Below are positions 43,170 through 52,308 of a stretch of DNA of 64,000 bases, in pieces. The translations under genes were made by a program, and so were the position numbers. This stretch comes from an uncultured delta proteobacterium (GTDB lineage: Bacteria > Myxococcota_A > UBA9160 > SMWR01). Position 1 is the stretch's first letter; each line of letters starts with the position of its first letter. The stretch is from NCBI GenBank assembly GCA_963832165.1, contig CAWHTE010000007.1, forward strand, positions 384,001-448,000. Direction: 5' to 3'. Below the pieces are notes generated by a model. The model was not told the origin of the DNA. It made no database searches and saw only the letters and a program-made list of their open reading frames with translations.

Positions 43170-44764
43170 CCGATCTCGACGTCGTCGGCATCGGCAGCAT
43201 GGTGGTCGACCGCATGCACCGCGCGCCGCGCGCGATCGGGGCGGGCGAGAAGGTGATGCTGCGCGATCCCGGCGGCGGGCCCGTGCAGACGCGGATCGGC
43301 GGCGTCGTGCTCAATCACCTGGGCTGGGCCGCGGCGCTGGGACTGCGCACGGGAATCTTCGGGCTCGGCGCCGACGACGAGAACGGGCGCCTCTTGCGCG
43401 CGGCGATGGACCGGCTCGGGATCGCCCACTCGATCGACCGCACGGGCAGCGCGAGCTCGGTGGCAGAGATCTTCGTCGACGACGCCGGCGAGCGCGCGAT
43501 CTACATGGCGGCCGCGGCGACGTCCGAGACGACGCCCGAGCGCGTGCGCGCGCACGCGGCGTTCGTGCGGCGCGCTCGGCGCGTCACGACCGAGGTGTCG
43601 CAGCTTCCGCTCGCAGCGGCGCACGCAGCGCTCGAGCTCGCGCGCGCGGCGGGCTCGGCGACTGCGGTCGATCTCGACGTGCCGCCCAGCGATGCGCTCG
43701 CGTCGGGGCTCGGCGACGAGGCCGCGCTCGAAGCCGTGCTGCGCAGCGCCGATCTGCTCAAGCCGTCGAAGATCGCGTGCCGCGAGCTCGTGTCGAGCAG
43801 CGGCGATCCACTCCGCCTCGCGCGCGCGCTGCGCGGGCGCTTCGGCAACCAGGCCGTCGTGGTCACCGATGGCGAGGCCGGCTGCGCGATCGCGGCCGAG
43901 GGGTTCGAGGGCTACGTGCCCGCGCGGCCGGTCAAGATCGTCGACACCACGGGCGCCGGCGACGCGTTCCTGGGCGGCCTGCTCGCGGCGCTCTCGGCCG
44001 GGCTCGGATGGGAGGAAGCCGCGCGGCTCGCCCACGCGTGCGGCGCCGCGTGCGTCGAGCAGCTCGGCGCGTTCCCCGAAGATCCCGAGCGAGCTCGCGC
44101 GCGCGTGCTCGAGCTGTATCCCGACGCTGCGCGCGTCATGCGCGCGATGCCGATCTCCACGCCGCTTGCGCCTTCCTGTGCCGAGGCACTTGCGAGCTTC
44201 GGCGTGGCGGTCGAGGAGCTGGATCGGCTGCAGCGCCGGCTCGACGCGACGGCCTTCGAGGCGGCGCTCGCGCTGCTCGCGCGGGCGCGCGAGGGCGGCA
44301 GCCGTATCCACGTGACGGGAGTGGGCAAGCCCGAGCACCTGGCGCGTTATGCGGCGTCGCTGTTCGCGTCCACGGGCACACCCGCCTACTTCCTGCACGC
44401 GACCGAAGTTGCACACGGCAGCGCTGGCCAGATCCACGCGGGAGACGTCGTGATCGCGATCAGCAACAGCGGCGCCACGGCGGAGCTGCTCGCGGCCGTG
44501 GCGGTCGCGCGCGAGATGGGCGCGCACGTGATCGCCGTGACCGGTGTGCTCGATTCTGCGCTCGCGAAGGCCGCCGACACCGCACTCGACGCGGGCGTCG
44601 CGCGCGAGGGCGGTCCGCTCGGACTGGCTCCGCGCGCGAGCGCTGCGGCCGAGCTGCTCGTGCTCGCCGCGCTGGCCGCGGGCGCCGAGCACGCGGTGGG
44701 CCTCACGCGCGCCGAATACCACCGCCGCCACCCCGCGGGCGCTCTCGGCGATCGTTCGCGTTAA
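43166..44764 (+). CDS. PfkB-family sugar kinase fused to a KdsD/GutQ-like SIS isomerase domain
   Basis: GG..N, VVTDGEAG, DTTGAGDAF; then TGVGK, STGTPAYFLHATE.AHG, ISNSG.T.EL, HPAGALG. Confidence 0.88.
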   Translation: MTDLDVVGIGSMVVDRMHRAPRAIGAGEKVMLRDPGGGPVQTRIGGVVLNHLGWAAALGLRTGIFGLGADDENGRLLRAAMDRLGIAHSIDRTGSASSVAEIFVDDAGERAIYMAAAATSETTPERVRAHAAFVRRARRVTTEVSQLPLAAAHAALELARAAGSATAVDLDVPPSDALASGLGDEAALEAVLRSADLLKPSKIACRELVSSSGDPLRLARALRGRFGNQAVVVTDGEAGCAIAAEGFEGYVPARPVKIVDTTGAGDAFLGGLLAALSAGLGWEEAARLAHACGAACVEQLGAFPEDPERARARVLELYPDAARVMRAMPISTPLAPSCAEALASFGVAVEELDRLQRRLDATAFEAALALLARAREGGSRIHVTGVGKPEHLARYAASLFASTGTPAYFLHATEVAHGSAGQIHAGDVVIAISNSGATAELLAAVAVAREMGAHVIAVTGVLDSALAKAADTALDAGVAREGGPLGLAPRASAAAELLVLAALAAGAEHAVGLTRAEYHRRHPAGALGDRSR

Positions 44765-44796
44765 TTTCGGTCGGCGCCGGGCCGATAACCGTCCGG

Positions 44797-45819
44797 ATGA
44801 CCCACCCCGATGGTCTTCGCTCGCCTCCCGCTCGCTGCGCGAAACTTGCGCTCGACCGGATCGGCACCTCGTTCGAGACCCAATACACATGGCGCTACGA
44901 GCCCTCGCAGGCGGGCCTGCGCGAGCTCTACGAGAAGGCCAAGCGCGAGCAGTGGAACGCCACGACGCAGCTCGCCTGGGACACACCCGTCGATCCCGAG
45001 AGCGAGATCATCCCGGCCGCGTTCAACCCGCTCGCCGACTACGGCCCATTCCTGCGCTGCTCGGCGAAGGAACAGGCCCACGTGCGCCACGCGATGCTCG
45101 CGTGGCAGCTGTCGCAATTCTTGCACGGCGAGCAAGGCGCGCTCATGACCGCCTCGCAGCTCGTCTCGTGCGTGCCCTGGATCGACGCCAAGTACTACGC
45201 CGCGACCCAGGCGATGGACGAGGCGCGCCACGTCGAGGTGTTCGCGCGTTACCTGCGCGAGAAGCTCGAGTGGGAGTTCCCGATCAACGAGAACCTGCGC
45301 AAGCTGCTCGACGCGATCCTGACCGACTCACGCTGGGACCTGAAGTACCTCGGTATGCAGATCCTGGTCGAAGGGCTCGCGATGGCCGCGTTCGGAAATC
45401 TGTACCAGATCGCCGACGACGAGCTGCTCGTGGAGCTGATCCACTACGTGATGCGCGACGAGTCGCGCCATGTCGCGTTCGGCGTGCTGTCGCTCGACGG
45501 CTACTACCGCGAGATGTCCGCGAGCGAGCTGCGCGACCGCGAGGACTTCATCATCGAGGCGAGCGTGATGATGCGCGACCGCCTGATCGGCGACGACGTC
45601 GCCGACGTGATGGGCTTCGACCGCGCCGAGGTGCGCGAGCGCATCCTCGCCTCGCCGATCATGTCGGCATTCCGCCAGCAGCTGTTCGCGCGCGTGGTGC
45701 CGAACGTGAAACGGCTGGGTCTGCTCACGCCGCGCGTGCGCCACGCCTACGAGCAGCTCGGCGTGCTCCAGTTCGAGCACGCCGACCCCGAGGCGCAGGA
45801 CCGCGCGCTCGGGTTGTAG
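44797..45819 (+). CDS. Ferritin-like diiron protein (AurF-like)
   Basis: QFLHGEQGAL, DEARHVE, QILVEG, DESRHV. Confidence 0.85.
   Translation: MTHPDGLRSPPARCAKLALDRIGTSFETQYTWRYEPSQAGLRELYEKAKREQWNATTQLAWDTPVDPESEIIPAAFNPLADYGPFLRCSAKEQAHVRHAMLAWQLSQFLHGEQGALMTASQLVSCVPWIDAKYYAATQAMDEARHVEVFARYLREKLEWEFPINENLRKLLDAILTDSRWDLKYLGMQILVEGLAMAAFGNLYQIADDELLVELIHYVMRDESRHVAFGVLSLDGYYREMSASELRDREDFIIEASVMMRDRLIGDDVADVMGFDRAEVRERILASPIMSAFRQQLFARVVPNVKRLGLLTPRVRHAYEQLGVLQFEHADPEAQDRALGL
44802..44849 (-). repeat. Hairpin repeat family, A-type copy forming the N-terminal codons of the ferritin-like ORF
   Basis: Reverse complement = GCAAGTTTCGCGCAGCGAGCGGGAGGCGAGCGAAGACCATCGGGGTGG. Confidence 0.88.
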
Positions 45820-45829
45820 CGCCGCTGCT

Positions 45830-46282
45830 CTACTGCGATTTGCCCGACTTCACCGTGAGCACGGGGCACGGCGCCTTCTGCACCACGCGCTCGGCGATGC
45901 TGCCGAGCAGCAGGTGCTTGATGCCCGAGAGGCCATGCGTGCCGATCACGACCAGGTCCACGTCGAGGCGCGCGGCCTCTTCGACGATCACCGTGGCGGC
46001 ATAGCCCTCGCACACGGCGGTATCCACCATGAGACCGCGCGCGAGCAGCGGCTTGGCGTGCTCCGCGAGCTGCTGCTCGGCCTCCGACCGCACGCTGGCC
46101 CAGAAGTCCGGGGGCAGGTAGGCGCCCTCGAGCTGCTGGAACTCCACGGGCAGATGGTAGGCGTGGAGCAGGATCACCTTGCTCGAGTGCTCCTCGGCCA
46201 GGTGCGCAGCCCATTCGAGCAGCGCCGGCGTGTTCTCCGAGAAGTCGAGCGGTACCAGGATGCGCTCGATGTTGATCGGCAT
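45830..46282 (-). CDS. Universal stress protein
   Basis: ILVPLDFS, VVIGTHG, LLGSIAERVVQKAPCPVL. Confidence 0.93.
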   Translation of the reverse strand: MPINIERILVPLDFSENTPALLEWAAHLAEEHSSKVILLHAYHLPVEFQQLEGAYLPPDFWASVRSEAEQQLAEHAKPLLARGLMVDTAVCEGYAATVIVEEAARLDVDLVVIGTHGLSGIKHLLLGSIAERVVQKAPCPVLTVKSGKSQ

Positions 46283-46369
46283 TCCTACAGGCTGCCCCTA
46301 CCTGCGCGCGGACACAACCCCGTGGGATCGATGGGGTGCCGGGCCAGAAAGCGCTCCAGGAACGCGCAT

Positions 46370-46398
46370 TTGACGCGCGGACGGCGCGATCCTACCGT
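46370..46398 (+). promoter_or_regulatory. Putative tRNA promoter
   Basis: TTGACG-N17-TACCGT, about 20 nt before the tRNA. Confidence 0.55.
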
Positions 46399-46418
46399 CC
46401 CGATCCCAATCGGTTTTC

Positions 46419-46494
46419 GGGGCCGTAGCTCAACTGGGAGAGCGCTGCGTTCGCAACGCAGAGGTTGGCGGTTCGATCCCGCTCGGCTCCACCA
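46419..46494 (+). tRNA. tRNA-Ala(CGC)
   Basis: GGGGCCG acceptor stem with G3:U70; anticodon stem CTGCG-TT CGC AA-CGCAG; GTTCGAT T-loop; encoded CCA. Confidence 0.97.
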
Positions 46495-46512
46495 CTGATC
46501 CTTGTGCGCCCC

Positions 46513-46926
46513 CTAGCGCGCGCCGAGCGCCCGCGCCGCGCGCGCGTAGTCCTTCTGCTTCACCCAGAGGATCATCCCGTAGCGCCCGTGCCCCGCGGTG
46601 ACGGCATCCGCGGCTGTGACGTTGATCCCGGCCTTCGCGAGCTTCTTCAGCTGCGAGTGACACGCGCCCACCGCATCGCTGCTCTGCACGAGGAACGCCT
46701 TCTTCGCGCCGGACAGCCGCCAGCCCTGCTGCTTCGCGACGCGCTTCACGCCTGCGAGACCGTCGGCGACGAAGTCGAGCTGTGCCTTGCCGCCGCGCGT
46801 CGGAAAGCCCGTGAAAGCGAGCAGGTTCACCTTCGCCTTGCGCAGCGCTTTGAGCGCCGCGACCGCTTCGCCCGGGCGCCCCGCCCTCACCACCGTGTAG
46901 CAGTAGTCGACCTTTCGAACCGGCAT
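46513..46926 (-). CDS. Small ACT-domain-like protein
   Basis: Two ACT-like halves (RPG....L..L.KAKVNL; D.VG....L.KLAKAGINV); AAGGAGG SD. Confidence 0.65.
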   Translation of the reverse strand: MPVRKVDYCYTVVRAGRPGEAVAALKALRKAKVNLLAFTGFPTRGGKAQLDFVADGLAGVKRVAKQQGWRLSGAKKAFLVQSSDAVGACHSQLKKLAKAGINVTAADAVTAGHGRYGMILWVKQKDYARAARALGAR

Positions 46927-46947
46927 AGCATCCCTCCTTGCTGTGAC

Positions 46948-46986
46948 GGCGGGATCCGCTCGCTTCGCTCGCTTCTCCCGCCCTAC
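46948..46986 (-). repeat. GTAG-type REP enclosing the family core hairpin
   Basis: Reverse complement = GTAG GGCGGGA GAA GCGAGC-GAA-GCGAGC GGA TCCCGCC; its TAG is the stop of the PPOX gene. Confidence 0.75.
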
Positions 46987-47450
46987 GGCGAAATATATGC
47001 GACGGCTGCCTCGGAAGCGCACCAGCTGCGCTGTGCGGTGACACCGATACGCAACAGCAGCGCCTCGGGACCGAGCACGGGGACGCGCGCGTACTGGGGG
47101 TATTTCCGCCGCAGCGCCGCGAGCGCGGCCGTCTCTTCGGCGCCCGCGTGATCCGGCGGCGCACTTCGGATCTGCGCCTCGCCGTCGACGCGCAGCCACC
47201 AGAGCAGCGTCCAGTCTTCGTCGTAGTGCGAGAAGAGCAGCGACACACGCGGGTCGCGCCGGATGTGGCGGATCCGCGCGAGCTCAGAGCCGCGCTTCGG
47301 CTTGCCGTCGATCGGCGACCAGAGCGCGTCCCCAACGCGCGCGAACACGATCGGCACCGCGTGCGGCTGGCCATCTTCGGAGATCGTCGCGAGCGTCGCG
47401 ACCGGCCACCGCTCGAGGATGCGCGACGTGGTCTCGTCGGGAAGCTCCAT
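46983..47450 (-). CDS. PPOX-class (pyridoxamine 5'-phosphate oxidase-like, putative F420-dependent) protein
   Basis: VATLAT...PHAVPIVF, D.KPK, DPRVSLL..HYDEDWT.LWW.RVDG, KYPQY. Confidence 0.82.
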   Translation of the reverse strand: MELPDETTSRILERWPVATLATISEDGQPHAVPIVFARVGDALWSPIDGKPKRGSELARIRHIRRDPRVSLLFSHYDEDWTLLWWLRVDGEAQIRSAPPDHAGAEETAALAALRRKYPQYARVPVLGPEALLLRIGVTAQRSWCASEAAVAYISP

Positions 47451-47482
47451 GCTGCGCCATCATACGCGCTCGGAGTGTTGCC

Positions 47483-47761
47483 GTGGCCCAACCCGTGATC
47501 GAGATCGTCTACTGCACGCGCTGCCGGTGGCTCCTGCGCGCCGGTTGGATGGCACAGGAACTGCTCTCCACCTTCGAGCAGGAGCTCGGCGGAGTCACGC
47601 TCGTGCCGAACGCGGAGGGCGGCGTGTTCGAGGTACGGCTCGCGGGCCAGACGATCTTCTCCCGCGCGCAGGCGGGCGGGTTCCCCGAGATCAAGCAGCT
47701 CAAACAGCTCGTGCGCGACCGCGTCGCCCCGGGCCGCGACCTTGGGCACGTGGATCGGTAG
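47483..47761 (+). CDS. SelT/SelW/SelH (Rdx) family protein
   Basis: IVYCTRCRWLLRAGWMAQELLSTF, GGFPE. Confidence 0.9.
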   Translation: MAQPVIEIVYCTRCRWLLRAGWMAQELLSTFEQELGGVTLVPNAEGGVFEVRLAGQTIFSRAQAGGFPEIKQLKQLVRDRVAPGRDLGHVDR

Positions 47762-47790
47762 TCTCTCCGCGGGGGGAGCAGGAGCATCCA

Positions 47791-48549
47791 ATGGACGACT
47801 ACCGCGAGCAGATGGCGGGCGACACGGGCGGGCGCACGGTCGAGCAGGAGCGCGCGCAGCGCAAGATCGAGGTGGCGCTCGGCTACCGGCTGCTCGCCGC
47901 GAACAAGTGGGGCGACGCGGGCGACGGCCACATCAGCGCGCGCGATCCGGAGCGCCGCGACTGCTTCTGGCTCTTGCGCTACGGCCCCTCCTACCACGAA
48001 GCGCGCGTCTCGGACCTCGTGCTCGTGGGCCCCAACGGCGAGCTCGTCGAGGGCAACGGGATCATCAACGTCGCCGCCTACTACATTCATCACCCGATCC
48101 TCATGGCGCGCCCCGATGCGGTGAGCGCTACGCACGTGCATACGGGCTGGGGTACGCCCTTCTCCGCCGAGGTGCGCATGTTCCAGCCGATCACGCAGGA
48201 GTCGTGCGTCTTCTTCGAGGACCACGCGCTGTTCGACGACGAGGAGGTGCAGGTCCAGAGCGTGGATGCGGGCAAGCGGATCGCCGACACGCTCGGCGGG
48301 AACCGCGCGATCATCCTGCGCAACCACGGCCTGCTCACGGTGGGCGAGAGTGTCGCGGACGCGGTCGGCAGCTTCGTGCAGATGGAGCGCGTGGCCGAGG
48401 CGCACCTGAAGGCGCGCGACGCGGTGCCGATCTCCGCGGAGGCGGCGCGCTTCGCGAAGGCCGATCTCGTGCGTTTCGGTGCCGGGCGCGTGTCGTTCGC
48501 GGCGATGGTCGCGCGGCACATCGGCGATCCGTCGGTGGTCATGCGGTGA
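47791..48549 (+). CDS. Class II aldolase/adducin family protein
   Basis: GHISARDP, AYYIH, HVHT, LRNHGLLTVG. Confidence 0.88.
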   Translation: MDDYREQMAGDTGGRTVEQERAQRKIEVALGYRLLAANKWGDAGDGHISARDPERRDCFWLLRYGPSYHEARVSDLVLVGPNGELVEGNGIINVAAYYIHHPILMARPDAVSATHVHTGWGTPFSAEVRMFQPITQESCVFFEDHALFDDEEVQVQSVDAGKRIADTLGGNRAIILRNHGLLTVGESVADAVGSFVQMERVAEAHLKARDAVPISAEAARFAKADLVRFGAGRVSFAAMVARHIGDPSVVMR

Positions 48550-48608
48550 CCCTGTAACCGCGATCCCGTGCACGGCATCCACCTGAAGCCACCGCTGCGG
48601 AGAAACAC

Positions 48609-48914
48609 ATGGTCGTCGTCACGTTTCGCAATCGGTTCAATCCCGACATCGACGAGGCGGAGTACGGCCAGCGCGCCGGAAAGCTCTTCGAGATCGTGTC
48701 CGCGATGCCGGGCTTCCGCTCGATCCGCGACTACGCGGCCGAGGACGGCGAGCGACTGTCGGTGATCGAGTTCGATTCGCTCGAATCTCTCGCGACGTGG
48801 CGCGACCATCCGGAGCACCGCGTCGCCCAGGAGCTCGGCAAGCAGCGCTACTACGCCGAGTACCACCTCCAGATCTGCGAGCTCGTGCGCGAGTCGCACA
48901 AGCAGCCGGCCTAG
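48609..48914 (+). CDS. Antibiotic biosynthesis monooxygenase (ABM) family protein
   Basis: MPGF, W..HPEHR.AQ..G...YY. Confidence 0.85.
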   Translation: MVVVTFRNRFNPDIDEAEYGQRAGKLFEIVSAMPGFRSIRDYAAEDGERLSVIEFDSLESLATWRDHPEHRVAQELGKQRYYAEYHLQICELVRESHKQPA

Positions 48915-48921
48915 CAGCGCG

Positions 48922-50991
48922 TCAGGTCGCGAGCCCCGGGAAGCACGACTTCACGCCGAGATCGTTCCCCTTCTTGATCTCCTGGTACTTCTTCCAGAAG
49001 TCGGCGTCGATGCGGTGGCCGACCTTGCCCTTCCCGAACGAGCGCCGGTAGCGGTCGAGCTGGCGCGGGCCCGCGTTGTAGGCGGCGTAGGTGGCGCGCG
49101 CGAGATCGTCGAAGTTCTTGCGCACCTTGTCCTCGCGCTTCTTGATCGCGTAGTCGAACAGGTAGTGGTGGAGGATTTCGCTGCCCGCCGACGCGTTGTA
49201 CTTGGTGCTGCTGCGCAGCGACTTCACGTCGTAGAAGCCGCGCCACACGTGCGGGTTCACCTGCATGATGCCGAGCGCACCCGCCGACGACGTGAGCGGC
49301 TGCACCGCACCCTTCTTGCGCACGAACTGGCGCCAGCAGCTCTCCTGCCACGCGGTCGTGAGCACGAGGTTGCGGAACAGCTTCGCATAGCTGCCCGGCA
49401 CCACCTTCTTGCGCTGCGTGCGCAGCGCCGTGGCGCCGAGAAGGTCGCCCACCTGCGGCAGGTACACGGCGAGCTCTTCGCGCGTGGGGATCCACTTGTC
49501 GAGGCTCTTCGCGATCGGTCCCGCGACGAGCAGGATCTGGAAGCGCGGTGAGCGATCGAAGAACGACTGCGGCGGCGGTGGCGCGTCGGGCGCGGGCGGC
49601 GGCGACGGCGGCTCGGGAGCGGGAGCTTCGGGAGCGGGAGCTTCGGGAGCGGGTACTTCGGGAGCGGGTACTTCGGGCGGAGCCTCTGGAGCCGGCTCGG
49701 GCGCGGCTTCGGCTTCGGGCGCAGCCTCGGGCGGCGCTTCCGCGGGCTCGACGCTGCGAGTGCTCTCGCCCTCGGGCGCCATCTCGTCTGCGGGCGTCTC
49801 CTCGGGCTCCGGCTCCTCGAGCGGCGGTCCGAACCCGAACAGGTCGCGCAGCTCGGTGTCGATCGCCTCGCTGTACGCGGTCGGGTCCGAGAGCGGTGAG
49901 GGCTCGATCATGCGCGCCATTCGGCGCAGCCCGTCGGTGGTGAGCTCGACGCCGTAGTCGGGCCCGAGCTGCTCGAGCGCGCCGAATGCGTCGGCCGCGG
50001 CGATCAGGCTCAGGTAGTGCAGAGCGCTCTGGCCGGGCAGGTGCGTGAGCTGGCGCAGGATCGGCGCGAGGCGGCTCCAGGTCGAGAGGAACAGCGGCTT
50101 CACGGGATCCGCGCCGCTCGGCTCGGTCGAGACCAGGATCAGGTCGATGTCCTGGCGCGCGTCGAGCAGCAGCGCGCGCAGCTCATCGCGCACCTCGTCG
50201 CCGGCGTCCCTGGAGCTGTGCTTCACGACGAAGGTCAGGAAGGCGTCCCAGCTTTTCCATGCGCTCTCCCAGCGCGCGTGCTCCGCGGGCGTGAGCGCGG
50301 GCTCGGGGGTCTGGGGAGCCGCAGCACTCGGCTTGGTCGGGGGGGGCACGTCGAGCCGCACGCGCAGCGCGATGCCCGGCGTCGAGACCGCCACGCTCAC
50401 GAGCGCGAACGAATCGATCAGCTTCTTCAGGCGCTCGGTGCCGGAGCCCGGGAACAAGACGGGCAGGAAGGTCTTGAGCTCCGTGACCGGCTGATGGAGA
50501 TCGATGCGGATCGTCTCGAGATGCGGGTGCACCTGTGATCGCACCCAATCCCAGAGCGCACCCGAGAAGCGCTTCACCCCGTCGGGGTCGAGCAGCTGGG
50601 ATTCCACGACGCGGAACTCGACGATCGGCAGCTTCGGGTGCAGACGCGCCTCGAGCGCGGCATCGAGGATCCCCGTGCGCCGCGTGGCGTTCAGACACCA
50701 GGTCCCCATCGGTGCGCCGAGCTTCGCTTCGAAGTCCGCCACCACGTGGAGCCTTCCCCCGCGCTCGGCGAGCTTCGGGTGGGAGAGCACGATCTCGTTG
50801 CATTGGCTCGGGTCGCGCCATACGCGCGTTCTCTCGTTGGGCTGGTCGAACAGCGCCTCGACCATGCGCTGACGCACGAACGCGAGGTCGAGCTGGATCG
50901 GGAACTCGACCACGCGCGCGCTCGCGGGCGCCGCCGCGAGCAACGCGAGCGCGACCGCCCGGCAGATCCCGGCGAGCCGTCTCGCGATCAC
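48922..50991 (-). CDS. Secreted protein with a C-terminal lytic transglycosylase (SLT) domain and a Pro/Ala/Glu linker
   Basis: Signal peptide; AWQES, GIMQV, AAYNAG motifs. Confidence 0.82.
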   Translation of the reverse strand: MIARRLAGICRAVALALLAAAPASARVVEFPIQLDLAFVRQRMVEALFDQPNERTRVWRDPSQCNEIVLSHPKLAERGGRLHVVADFEAKLGAPMGTWCLNATRRTGILDAALEARLHPKLPIVEFRVVESQLLDPDGVKRFSGALWDWVRSQVHPHLETIRIDLHQPVTELKTFLPVLFPGSGTERLKKLIDSFALVSVAVSTPGIALRVRLDVPPPTKPSAAAPQTPEPALTPAEHARWESAWKSWDAFLTFVVKHSSRDAGDEVRDELRALLLDARQDIDLILVSTEPSGADPVKPLFLSTWSRLAPILRQLTHLPGQSALHYLSLIAAADAFGALEQLGPDYGVELTTDGLRRMARMIEPSPLSDPTAYSEAIDTELRDLFGFGPPLEEPEPEETPADEMAPEGESTRSVEPAEAPPEAAPEAEAAPEPAPEAPPEVPAPEVPAPEAPAPEAPAPEPPSPPPAPDAPPPPQSFFDRSPRFQILLVAGPIAKSLDKWIPTREELAVYLPQVGDLLGATALRTQRKKVVPGSYAKLFRNLVLTTAWQESCWRQFVRKKGAVQPLTSSAGALGIMQVNPHVWRGFYDVKSLRSSTKYNASAGSEILHHYLFDYAIKKREDKVRKNFDDLARATYAAYNAGPRQLDRYRRSFGKGKVGHRIDADFWKKYQEIKKGNDLGVKSCFPGLAT
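49608..49680 (-). repeat. 15-nt tandem coding repeat (APEA/VP)
   Basis: TCGGGAGCGGG(A/T)(G/A)CT repeated about 4-5 times. Confidence 0.75.
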
Positions 50992-52271
50992 TTCGGCGCA
51001 CCGAAGCGCGCGCGGAAGTCGGGGAGGCGCACGCTGAACGAGTCCTTCGCCACGAAGGCCGCGTCGTCGAGATCGGGCGCTTCGTGCGGCTTGTACCACG
51101 CCGCGTAGGTAGCGAGCTCGTCTGCGAACGCGCGGTAGTGCGCGGAGTAGGTGCGCACGCGCAGCGTCGGGACCTCGGCGGCGGTGTCGAAGGTGAGCAG
51201 GCGCACCCAGCCGTCGCCGATCGGAACGGGTTTGCCGCGCACGAGCGGCACACCCGCATCGAGCGAGGCCTGCCCGCGATCCTGATAGTCCGCGAGCAGC
51301 TGGAGCACCTCGTGTCCGGCCGCATTCTTGTCCGTGCGCGTCGCGACGCCGTGATGGTGTCCGCACAGCACCAGGAAGATCTGATCGTTCGGCTGGATCA
51401 GCTCCTTCCAGAGGTCTTCGGCGCTGTTGTGGGTCGAGTCGGCCGCCGCGAGGTCGACGATCGGGTTGGCGCGCCGCTCGCCCTTCGCGTTCAGGTAGTC
51501 GTGAGTCGTGATGATCGTGGGCTTGCCGGGGTGCTTCGCGATCACCGACTTCGCCCATTTGATCACGGCATCGGTGGGCGACATCTCGAGCGCGATGTGC
51601 AGGAAGTCGTAGCCGCCGGCCGAGAACGTCTGGGCACTGCTCGACCCGCCCGTGTGGCTCGCGATGTACCACGGCTCGCGCGCGTTGCGCTGTGCACCGA
51701 AGATGGAGCGGAAGCCGTCGAGCCCGCCGACGTGGAGCATGCCGAGCGTCTTCGCAGTCATGTCGATCTGGCGCGCGTCGGACACGGGCGGATAGCGCGC
51801 GTCGCTCCACATCGCGTCGTAGTCGTGGTTGCCCGGAGCCACTCCGAACGCGATCTTGGTCTCGGCGATCAGCTTGTAGCCCGAGAATGCCATCGGCATC
51901 TCGACGGAACGGGTCTTGTTCGTCACCTCGAGCTCGTTCGCGAACCAGGGATTCTCGATCGCCTTGAAGCCGCGCTTCGCGTGGAACTCGTCCATGGTCT
52001 TCGTCTGGTGCTGCCAGACGTCGCCGACCGCGGCCACGAACACGACGTCGCCTCCGCGCAACTTCGCACGGCCGGCGATCCAGCGCATCTCGGCCAGGAA
52101 CAGATCGCTCGCATCGAACGGGAACCCGCTCGCGCGCTGGTGCTTGTAGTCGATCATGTTCTGGGTGTCGGGCACCACCGCGATCGAGAACGCGCCGCCC
52201 TGCGCGCTGGCGAGGACCGGGATCGCAAAGGCAAGGACGGCGACGCGGCAGGGCCAGACGAGACGGCGCAC
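50988..52271 (-). CDS. Secreted calcineurin-like metallophosphoesterase
   Basis: PDTQ, GD, GNHD, TTH, CGHHH. Confidence 0.82.
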   Translation of the reverse strand: MRRLVWPCRVAVLAFAIPVLASAQGGAFSIAVVPDTQNMIDYKHQRASGFPFDASDLFLAEMRWIAGRAKLRGGDVVFVAAVGDVWQHQTKTMDEFHAKRGFKAIENPWFANELEVTNKTRSVEMPMAFSGYKLIAETKIAFGVAPGNHDYDAMWSDARYPPVSDARQIDMTAKTLGMLHVGGLDGFRSIFGAQRNAREPWYIASHTGGSSSAQTFSAGGYDFLHIALEMSPTDAVIKWAKSVIAKHPGKPTIITTHDYLNAKGERRANPIVDLAAADSTHNSAEDLWKELIQPNDQIFLVLCGHHHGVATRTDKNAAGHEVLQLLADYQDRGQASLDAGVPLVRGKPVPIGDGWVRLLTFDTAAEVPTLRVRTYSAHYRAFADELATYAAWYKPHEAPDLDDAAFVAKDSFSVRLPDFRARFGAPK

Positions 52272-52308
52272 GGGCTCAGGATATCGTTGATAGAATGGCC
52301 AGGCCCCC

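Noticed and set aside
43777..45819. 680-aa ORF ending in the ferritin-like domain
   Set aside because: The upstream part is an off-frame shadow of the PfkB-SIS gene; the plausible start is the ATG at 44797.
46419..46510. tRNA-Ala as an integration site of a genomic island
   Set aside because: No integrase, no duplicated tRNA 3' end seen in the window, and downstream genes have host-like composition.
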